Shown here: positions 54,190 through 64,000 of the stretch, one piece after another
How positions within the stretch are numbered: the stretch's first letter is position 1
Layout: every line of letters starts with the position of its first letter
From: the human T2T-CHM13v2.0 reference genome, Homo sapiens
Reading direction: 5' to 3' (one strand)
Length of the DNA: 64,000 nt
Assembly (NCBI RefSeq): GCF_009914755.1
Contig: NC_060929.1
Notes under the pieces: generated by a model
What the model saw: only the letters and a program-made list of their open reading frames with translations
The model's database searches: none
What the model was told of the DNA's origin: nothing
Position numbers and translations under genes: made by a program

Positions 54190-54960
54190 GTGCCAGGACT
54201 GCTGAGAAGTAGCTGGCCTCTAGATATATTAATAGGCAAGTCCTGGGAGAACTTGATGATTAATTCCATATGAGTATTGGGAGAAAAGGTTATATATTTC
54301 CGAATTGAACTACAAGGTCAATAGTGACATCTTTCAGAGAAAGGGAACAACTGAGGATGTAAAGTAAGGTATAACAAAGTTGGGAAGGGAAGAAGATTAT
54401 GAGTTCAAGTTAGACAAATTGTCTCTAAGTCACCAGTGATATGTGCAAGAGAAATACCCAAGCAATTTATATAATTAGAGGTTGACAATTCAAGGGAGGA
54501 ATCCCAGCTATAAATAAATATTTGGAAGATGTCAGCATGTAGAGCACTACTGATCCATTCTCTGGAAAATATGTAGAGTGAGTTGGAAGAAGTATAATAG
54601 ATTTCTAAGCATAAGAAACATTTAAGGACTGGGCAAAGAAGTAAGAGATCCTCTCCCTCTAAAAGCAGAGATTCTGAGATGAAGAAATTTAATGGTATAA
54701 GAAAAATCAGAAAAGTTAATTTGGGGGGGGCAGAGAAGGAAAATAAACATAGCTTAATATTCAGAGAATTCAATTACATAAATCCTAATACATTTTGGCT
54801 GAAAAAGGGTTTGCCATTGGCATGTTCATATTTTGATAGAGAAAACAGGCAAAGGTCACTGGTGTTGAGGAAATGGTGAAATAGAAGTTTGGGTGTTGGT
54901 TGGGCCTTCTGCATGGATGTTGAAGTCAGCCAGGATGACTGCAGAACATTAGGAAGAGAA
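54190..54960 (-). mobile_element. L2 fragment
   Basis: atgagttcaagttagaca...gatatgtgcaagagaaat...aaatatttggaagatgtcagcatgtag...aacatttaagg. Confidence 0.55.
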
Positions 54961-55059
54961 GTCTCTCAGCCAAGACCAGAATAATCCGTGCATGGGAGGA
55001 GATAGAAGTTAGAAGGAAATATCCCTAGTTGCCTGGCTTTCTCCTACTTCTGCTAACAG

Positions 55060-55335
55060 CCCTCAACCTCAAGTGTTACTTTTTAGGGAAGTCTCCCCTC
55101 AACCCCACAACACTAAGTTGGGCATCCCCTAAAAGTCCCTGTGGTGTCACTTAATTACCCCGTTATATCCTTTAACAACTCTGCACTAAAATGGAACAGT
55201 TGGCTTTCTCTCCATGAGTCTATTCGCTCCTTTAGCTAACTTCAAGACTATGCCTGTTATTTCTCATCTGTTTAGCACTGTACTTGGCACATAAAAGTCT
55301 CTTCAAAAATGTTTGTTGATAGAATGAATACATGA
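55060..55335 (+). mobile_element. L2 3' end
   Basis: ttagggaagtctcccc...tttagcactgtacttggcacata...caaaaatgtttgttgatagaatgaat. Confidence 0.65.
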
Positions 55336-56134
55336 AAATATAAATAAACAGGAGGAGTGTGGAGGGGCAGGTTATCAAGGAAGCAGTGGGGTTTACTCAA
55401 AGATAGAGGAGTACTGAGGGAGAACAGACTGCAGCTTCTGGCCCCCCTGTAAGAAGTCCAACAATGCCAGGTTTGCTGGTGCTGACAGAAATACCCTAGC
55501 CTAAAATTGTGAACTTCGATTATTTCTGTGCACAAAAAATCTAGTAAAACTTAAGCTCCCAAAAAAATAAAAAAGGGTATCACTGGAAAATTCAAGAGAA
55601 CACATTTTTTTTTTCAGGAAACATAACATGTAAACCCATCCTCTTTTACTCTTCAAAGTTTTTTGAGTAAAACAAGCTGTCAAAAATTAAATAGAATTGT
55701 TTTTAGTCTCATTATTTGACATGTTAGGGAAAGGGTATGGAATAAGAAAAGATGGAACATAGTAGAAAAGGGCCAGAAAATAAAGGAAGATAAAGACCTA
55801 GGAATAAATAAAAGGATATTGTCTAGTTAGTGAGATCAAACTTGGTATGATAATATTTGCTGACCTTCTATTCTGTACTACACACTACATTCTGTATTTT
55901 CACTGAAAATAAGGTTTCTCTGTTTTTAGATTAATCCTGCAAAGTAGGCATTATTATGCATGAGAAAAAGATTTAGAGAATTTATAATTTGTTCAAACAG
56001 ATAAATGCTGCAATTGGGATTCAAATCTAGCAGCCCCTACCCCGCTTTTCACTACATGGGTGTTACATTGAGGTGTTATCCCTCAAGAATTTGAAATGAA
56101 AGACAATGTCTGAAAACTGTGTGAAGAGAGATTC

Positions 56135-56237
56135 TGTGTGTGTGTGTTTGTGCACATGTACGTGTATATATGTATATGTATGTTTATACATCTATCTATA
56201 TGTATCTATGTATTTGTGTATCTATCTATCATCTATA
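56135..56237. repeat. Compound (TG)/(TA)/(TATC) simple repeat
   Basis: tgtgtgtgtg...gtatatatgtatatgtatg...tatctatctatcatcta. Confidence 0.85.
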
Positions 56238-59200
56238 AGAGAGGGATTATTTTTGGTCAGCAAAAAACTCTGTAGACTGAGCAGGCAAGGATTATTGCAA
56301 ATACTGCCTGTGCCATGTTAAGAGCACCATTTTCAGAATTGTCTCTGGATGGAATAAATCATCATAAGCAGTGGGATTGTACTTTAACTGCTAGTATGAA
56401 ATTTTTTTAAAGGTCATAATATAATTTGAGAATATAATCTCATTATGGGGCAATATTTCATCCTCATATTTATGGAACAAATATATAAGATTTATTTCCT
56501 CTTTTAACTCTACATATGTTAGGTGGTAATATTTTGAGGCCAATGAATTATAGTTTAAAAAAAATAGCAGACTTTAAGATCAGTAGAAATTCCAAATTTA
56601 GATTTAAATGTATTTTAAATAAAAGGATCTTTTTTAGAATATGTAACTTTTTAGTGTACAAGATATGTTGTTATGTTTGCTGCAACTTGGGTAAGAAATA
56701 AAGATAGCTATAAATCAAGGTAAAATGAAATATATGACCAAGAAGAATTTTAATTATATTATGTAACATTTTTATTGTGTCTTGTTTTGGTCTTACATTT
56801 GCTAGAGAATTTTTAATATTTACACTGACATTTTTGAATACAAATTAAACTGCTGAGGAGTTCTGGAGGTTCATCGTGTCTTGGGGTCTTTTACTGTGTG
56901 GAGACTTCCCTTTTGACACTTAAAGAGAGGAGAGTTGACTCACTAATAGAATCACCAGTTCTGGTTTTCCAACATAGTTTTGGAGGTCACAAGGTTACAG
57001 AATTCAATTTCCTTGATGTCAGTCTCAGTCCATCATTGCCCACATGGACTCACTCCTTGTTTTGACCTTTTTGTTTTCTTTTCTGGGAAGGAAGAAGAAG
57101 TATGCTACTTAAGTCAGTTGGCTTAGTGAATGTTTTCATGTTTATGTTAATCAGAATGGGAATCACCTGTGATATCTATGGTTCTAAAAGAATAGAAATA
57201 AATACTAAAGCATCACAGATTTTATTTTATAAGTTTATCCTGTGTGCTAATATTTGAAAATTTTTTTCAGGTTTGACTAGCTTTCTCTCTACAATTAATT
57301 ACATGCAGACATAAGAATGTATTGATGATATTTGCTCAAAGCTTTACTCCTTAATTTTAACTGGCTTTTAGTTTAATATCTACTACATTAAAATATATAA
57401 TAATTCTCTATTATATGCAATATGCTGTGGGTAAGTTCAGGGTGGAAATCAAGATATATGAGCCAGGTACTTAGGAGCAACTAATTCCAATTTAGGAATC
57501 ATGGAATGAAAGAGAAAACAAATCCCTTCTTAAAAGAGTCTCAGGGTTTCAATATGTAAAGAACAGGCATAAGGAATAGCAAGAGGCTATACAGAGATCG
57601 GTGGGGATTTGTTCAGAGTCTAACATGCCTGGAAGGTAGGCCAGTGGGCTGTGAGAGGGAGTAGAGCTAGAGTGGACATCAGAGAGAAAAGGACCAAAGA
57701 CTGAAGATAAAATTGGTTACATTTGTCACTGGAAGCAATTGTATCTCTTTGGCTTGCCTCTGAATGCAACTAAATAGTAGACACCTGTCATGGATATATA
57801 TATATATATATTTTTTTTTTAAAGTACCTGGAGTCAATACTTAAGGTATTGAGCTGCTTGCTTAAAGAATAAATCAAGCATCCAGACATGTCCATCTCAG
57901 GAGAATTGTATTTAAAACACCCTTTAAAAAAATCTATATTGATATCTATCTTCTTTGGATCTATATATGGAATTTTTTGTTTGGGTTTCATGTTTAGTTT
58001 TTAATCTCATAACATATATCAAGTTCAATTTTTGGTTTTCTTACAAGGTCTTGAGAGATACTGAATTGGTGATTTCAGATATTATTGGTTTGGGAAGGTC
58101 CATTCTAAACTGTAAAAATATATATAATATTTTGCTGACACAGTTAAGTGACCTGCAGAGTCAATGTCTCAAATCCTTCTCATTCTTCATCTATCCTCCC
58201 ATCTCTGAGGTCAGCCCGCTGACTATGTGATTGAAATCAGAGAAACCTCAGGTAATCTATATTGGAGGCAGGTGTTTTATTTAACCCTGGATGATTCAAT
58301 CTTATATGACTTGGTTAGATGACAATCACTGAACCATGAAATGCCATGTATCTCTGTGGCTATTGTTTTATAAATAAAATCATTGAAGAGAGTTTCATTA
58401 TAGTAAGAGCCACTGTGTGAGATGTATCAGAAAAATAAGTTGATGGACCATAGACAGGCAACTTTTATTTAAAAAACAAGCAAAAAACCCCTTATTTATA
58501 CTCATCCCAATTTTGCTGCAGTTTCTATTATATTAATAATTATTTTATAGAAACGTTAACTAGAAACAAATAGTCCTTTAAATCACAAGCATATTTAAAG
58601 GTATACCGAATATTCATATCATTAGCAGACGGTGCCATACAGCGAACAAATAAGCCTTCCTTTACACAGAACTCTTTATTTTAAAATCTTTTGATAACAG
58701 AAGTGAAACAACAATAATTCAAAGTGTTGGGCTTTGGGAAATACCGAGGTGACATTTTGGATGCATGTGGCTTAAAAGGGAACTCAAATACAAAGACAAA
58801 TTCTCTTTATCTGTCCTGATGTTCTGGCTAAGAGATTAAATTGAATATTGAGTCTAGAAAATGTGAACGTGCTGTTTTAATGATGAAAGAAAAAGAGAAA
58901 GAAAACAGTATAAGTACTGATTATCTAGATGACAGTAAGATGTGGATATCTTTACATCTTTCTCTAGGGCGTAATAGTTGGAAGAAAAAAATAAGGCAAA
59001 AATATGTCAGGGTTGATTGGTATTATATACAGAAATACCGGAAGAATATATAATGAGGCTGAGAATATGGAACTAATGAAGAAGTGTTACAAGAAAGAAA
59101 AAGGAAGATTGGTGTGGGAAACTGGAGGTGAAGTAAGGAGTAGTCAGTGAGGCGATCAGACAATTTCTGTAACCCTCCAGGCCCTGAACACACAAAGGAG

Positions 59201-60166
59201 CCCAATTAGAAATAAACGAGCTAGAAGAAACATTTCATAGTAAATTGGGGATTATCAGTTTGCCTAAAGGGAATGAAACCAGAGCATTGGAGCCTCCTTG
59301 TTTCAGAACCACTTGCTTTATGTTTCTTTTTTAAGATTGACACCAATGTTCTTGCTTTTCATATTATAAATTTTTAAAAATCATGTATAAAACAAATTAA
59401 CAATTGAAGTTTCTGATTTTTGAGAGAGAATTTATTTTCAACTGAATCATGGATACAAAAAGATTTGAAAAGTATTTGTCTCATGTTTTATCTTTTTTGT
59501 CCAGACTGGGTCACTGTCATGTCCTTTGGGCATTCTCAAATTTCAGACTTTTTACTTTGAATTTAGCCTGCACCTTCTCCAGATGTAGGTAACATATATC
59601 TTACATGTATAGGAATATGGTACTTGGTTTTGACTTGGCAGAATATAAGCAAACAATTTAAGGTCATTTCTGGATGCTTAAATAAATTGAAAACACAATA
59701 ATAGAAAAAATGGATTCTTTTTAAACAGAAAAATGAACAGTACATAGAACCAAGATGCTTTTTTTTCAGTGTCGTTCAGCATATCAGTTCTGGCCTCTGG
59801 TTAGTCATTAGATAAGTCTAGGCGAACACAAATTATTATTATCTTTGTGAAATGAAGGACCTCATGAATGAGAGCAGTGGAGTTTCTCATCCGCCACTGA
59901 AAGATATATATTTTTTCATTTTCTCTACAATATATTTCAAAAGACGAAGTTTTGTATGACCATCTATTCTGGCATCACTGGTTCTTCCACAGCAGCCATG
60001 AAACACAAAACGTTCAACCTTTCATGGCTATCTGATTTTCTGGAGGTAAGACTGGCATCTTCCATTTTAAGATACCCAGTTGTCTACCCTTTACATACCA
60101 GAGGGCGATCTAGGCAGGATTTGAAGGATTATCTGCCAGGTATTAAAATGATTAGCCGGGCAAATT

Positions 60167-60660
60167 TATTCATTCATTCATTCTACAAATATTTGTTGAG
60201 CACCTGGTACTTGGCTGTGTGCTTAGGGACAAAACCCCAAATGCAATACTTTCTCCAGCCTCCAGGAAATCACAAGTAAGCAAATAATCACAATAGAGTG
60301 TGATAAAGGCATGATGAAGGAAGCCTGGAGGGGAGGGGTCACTAGGCAATTTAGAGGGGAAGGAGAAAGTCAGAGCAGGATTCCTAGAAAAATAGACTTT
60401 TGTACTGATCTTTAAACAGCAAAGAGAAAAACTGAAATCGACTATTTGAAGGTGGGGTTTTTTTTTGTTGGGGAGTAAGGTTAGAGGTAGTGTTTCAGAA
60501 GGAATTTCCTTCATTGTTAATTTAGTAAATATATATTGAGCAACTATTACATTGCTTTGCTGGGCCGTGGGCAACAAATGATGAACAGGTCAAAAATGTT
60601 TGATCCTGCCTGCAACTCTCATGCTAATGGGAAGACAGACAATATGCAAGTAACTACAGT
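60167..60660 (-). mobile_element. L2 3' ends (two adjacent fragments)
   Basis: attcattcattcattctacaaatatttgttgagcacctgg... and agtaaatatatattgagcaactatt...cctgcctgcaactctcatgctaatggg. Confidence 0.75.
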
Positions 60661-60885
60661 AAGAGCTAATATTTATCAACTGCATACTATGTGCCAGACA
60701 CTGTTCCTAGGCTTTATTGAAAAGCACTAATTTGAACCTTACAGCAACCCACTGCAGAAGTTCCTATTATTTTTCAGTAAATTGGAAAACAGTGACATGC
60801 AACTAATAGAATGATAGGCTGGGGTTCAAAGCTAGTCAGCCTGGCTTTGGAGTTAATGCTTTCAAGTACTGTGATATATTGCCTA
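60660..60885 (-). mobile_element. MIR
   Basis: gctaatatttatcaactgcatactatgtgccagacactgttc...ccttacagcaaccc...ggctggggttcaaa...cctggctttggag. Confidence 0.75.
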
Positions 60886-61004
60886 TCAAAGTAAGTAAAG
60901 GATATATAATATCACCTTAGGTGTTGGTAAGCAATATGAGGAAAAAGAAAAGTGGAAGCAGAGAGAATGGCTGAGGGGAAGGTGCTGTTCTAGAGAGCAG
61001 ACAC

Positions 61005-61476
61005 TGTGGGCACCCTGCACGTACCCTTGGGTTTGACCACTTCGGTAGACTCAAAACAACCTCCACCTGCCGGTAGCTACATTGTCTTTATGAGCTTTTT
61101 CTGATGCCAAAAAGATGGTGGCTGTAGTCTCTAACATGATGGAGCTGAAGTAAAGGGGAATTAACACCTCCCAGAACAGTTGTCACCTTTCAGATAAGCT
61201 TTCATGGCTTTACAAATATCCCCAGCGTCATCACTCTCAGAAAAGGATAACTCCAAAGCATGGGTTAGACTGTTTTCTGGAATTTTCCTGCAGATGGAGC
61301 TCCACTGGCCCACAGTGGTGGCAGCTGCTGTAAATGTGCAGTTTCTATTGGCTCTGTTCCTTGCCTGTGTCACTTCCTCCCTCCCCTGCCAGTGTTTTCC
61401 TTGACCTCCAAAATGAGCTGTTTATACTTAAATCCTAGTCTCTCAGTCTGCCTTTGGAAAAACCTAGATGACGACT
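61005..61476 (+). mobile_element. LTR16-family ERV-L solo LTR
   Basis: ggggaattaacacc, acaaatatcccagc, ggataactcc, gcccacagtgg, ttggctctgttccttgcctgtgtcacttcc, aaatcctagtctctcagtctgccttt. Confidence 0.75.
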
Positions 61477-61749
61477 GGCTGGTCAGGAAATATATCTCTT
61501 AGAGAAATTGGGGAAAGTGCATTCTAGGTAGAGGAAAAGAGAAAGGCACTAGCAATAAGTCCGCTGTGGCTGGCTAGAGTGGAGTGAGGAGGGTTAAGTA
61601 GGAAATGAGCTTGCTAGAGGGGTAGGAAGGACTAGGTAGGAAAGGTCTTTTTAGGTTATGGGTAGTAGTTTGGAAAGCAAAAAGAATAGCACACTGTTCT
61701 ATATGAAACAAGAAAAAGAGGCTGAAAGAGAATTAACTCTAAAACAGAC

Positions 61750-61900
61750 TCTAGAGAAGATCTAATCTGGGCCTTTCTTTTTATAGATGAGGAAAATGAG
61801 GCCCAAGGGGTTTAAATGACTTACCCAGGTCACCTTCATAGGAACAGAAAAAAGAAAGGTCTTCTACCCAAATATGTATCCCAAATCTGTCTGATTCTCA
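61750..61900 (-). mobile_element. MIR
   Basis: ttttatagatgaggaaaatgaggcccaaggggtttaaatgacttacccaggtcac. Confidence 0.75.
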
Positions 61901-63644
61901 ATCCACACTAAAGAGAGTCATGTTCATTTTAGACGCTTATCGTAAGATTAACAAGTGAAAGAGAAATGCATAAAAGAGAAATAATATTATTGAGTGCCTC
62001 ATTAGAATGAATCAGCAGCAAACCAGCAATATCTGTTTTTTGGTTGTTGTTTGTCATTGCTGTTTTCTTTTACCACTAGTTCTTCACGTTCATTGCTTCT
62101 AACTCCCACCATGCAAGACACAGCAGCTCTTTGCACTTTCCCCAGCAAGGGGTGAGTGGGCAGAGCTGCAGGTGCTTTCCATCCTACTGAATTCCACGTG
62201 GGCACAGGCAAGGCAGGTCTGGAAGCCAGGCCAAATTTCACATGGGCATCTGCGATGAGGAGTTTCTGCTCTATAGGGTCCCTAGCTCAAACCCTGTCAT
62301 TACTGTGGATTCTAACACCTGCCAGTAAAGGGGTACTTGATGGCAAGAGGTAACTCAATCATTAGCTTAAAGCACTCTATCCAAATAGTAAGTTTGGTGG
62401 ATTGAATCTGTGTGTGACTCTGTTTTCAGAACTAAGCAACCACATGATGAATTCATTTGGAGTGTTTGTTGTTTACTGCATAAGACAAGATGAATTCTAG
62501 TAGTGCCAAAGGGAGGGATTGAATCATTTATTAAGTACAGTCTTGGACAGGTGTCTCAAATGTCAATTCTAGGATTTAATCTAAACTAATCTTCAGAAAA
62601 GTTAGATTTAATGGAAATGAGAACCCAGAGGAATTCGAAGTAGAGGTAGCTGGATGCTAAATCTCAAACGCTGCTGCTTGTGACAATCTTTTAAATAAAC
62701 TTTCTACTTGGCTCTTATCCTTCTGTGTTCTGAGGTAGAAAACGTTTGGAAAACTGATGCTAGCTCATCGGTAGGTAGGATTTATACAAAACAAGTTGTT
62801 TTCTCTTTATTTCTGATGCTGGCATATAGTCAGTTATTTGCAAATAAGCTACATGGTCATATCTGAGATCAGACCACAGAGATTTTGGCCTCTGTAGGTG
62901 TCACTGCAGAGTTTATACATATAGGATATACTTATATCCTGCTAAAGTAGGTCATATTTTCTGATCACAAATTATGAAGCCACAGGCAGAGTTTGAAATT
63001 GATAAGGAAAAACTGCCTAAATGGCTACCACTCATTATATCTAAATATTGGCAGGTCAAAAAAAAAAAAAAAAAATGGGAGTTATCTATCACTGAATGCA
63101 ATTTGGAAAATAAGCTGTAGTAGTTGTCTCATCTTCAAGCCACTGTATTTCTAACTAAATAATAAAAATATTTTAGTCGTGGATAATATTTTTGCCATAT
63201 GCGTGTGCATGGGTGTGTGTGTGTAAATTTAAAAACCTTGGCTTTCAATACCACAGAATTAAATGCATTTTGTGAATGTATTAATCCAAATTAATTTCTC
63301 AGAGATGGTATTTGAGAGTGCTTGCTGGTGGCTCTTATAACACTGGAAGTATCTATAGCATGTTTACTTTTTAATATTGGAGAGAAAAGGGCTGAAATGA
63401 AAACAACTGCTACTGATGACCTATTCCATGCTATAAAATCCAAAGACTATTTGAAGAGACAAATTATTACCAAGAAGTTCGAGTAGAAAAAGTATAGTTG
63501 AGGTGAATTTAAAAAAAATATGAAAGAAGAGCACTACTCAGATAAGGAAGCAGACCGAGGTGCAAGAGCATTAAATAAAACAGTGAAGTCTATTTAGTTG
63601 CCAGATAAAATTTCTAGGTTCTGCAGAAGTTAACAAATAATTTA

Positions 63645-63912
63645 TTTCTTTCCTCTCTCTCCCCTTTTCCTTTCCCTCTCCCTCCTTTCCTTTTTCCTTT
63701 CTTCCTTCCTTCTTTCATTCTTTTCTTCTTCCTTCTTTCATTCTTTTCTTCCTTCTTTCATTCTTTTCTTCCTTCCTTCTTTCATTCTTTTCTTCCTTCC
63801 TTCTTTCATTCTTTTCTTCCTTTTTTCTTTCTTTTCCTCCCTCCCTTCCTTCTTTCCTTCCTTCCTTCCTTCCTTCCTTCCTTCCTTCCTTCCTTCCTTC
63901 CTTCCTCCCTTT
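63645..63912. repeat. Polypyrimidine compound repeat: about five 20-24-bp ccttctttcattcttttctt units plus (TTCC)n
   Basis: About 270 bp almost purely C/T. It explains the spurious KEGR-repeat ORF. Confidence 0.95.
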
Positions 63913-64000
63913 ATTATTTCAGATATATACATTCTGATAAAATGCTTTATTTTCTAGAAGGGAATTCGTAAACTTTTGCTATAAAGGCCCAGATAGTAAA

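Noticed and set aside
57884-57893. p53 half-site AGACATGTCC
   Set aside because: No adjacent second half-site.
60095-60110. CTCF-like ATACCAGAGGGCGAT
   Set aside because: Lacks the key 5' CC of the core, so it is too weak to call without data.
63738-63932. KEGR-repeat ORF
   Set aside because: Translation of the (GGAA)n microsatellite.

Overview
AT-rich, CpG-depleted primate (very probably human or ape) non-coding DNA. I see no supportable protein-coding exon, RNA gene or CpG island. The listed ORFs are Alu-derived, low-complexity or chance, apart from three short remnants of ERV-L integrase/dUTPase at about 50.7-51.3 kb. A large part of the window is interspersed repeat: 10 Alu dimers (most with visible TSDs), FLAM/FAM monomers, old L1M/L2/L3/MIR fragments, hAT DNA transposons (MER33, MER5, MER20, MER81) and many LTR elements (MLT1/2, a solo LTR2, MER57, two THE1, an LTR41-type/ERV-L deleted provirus, LTR16/33-like). 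The most notable structures are a head-to-head pair of THE1 LTRs, three perfect-arm hairpins that look like template-switch products, a rearranged AluY, a non-consensus variant shared by two inverted AluYs, a strong CTCF motif and several enhancer-like motif clusters. I found no evidence of a new multi-gene biological system. Repeat family and subfamily names come from recalled consensus sequences, not from a search, and boundaries of old repeats are approximate.
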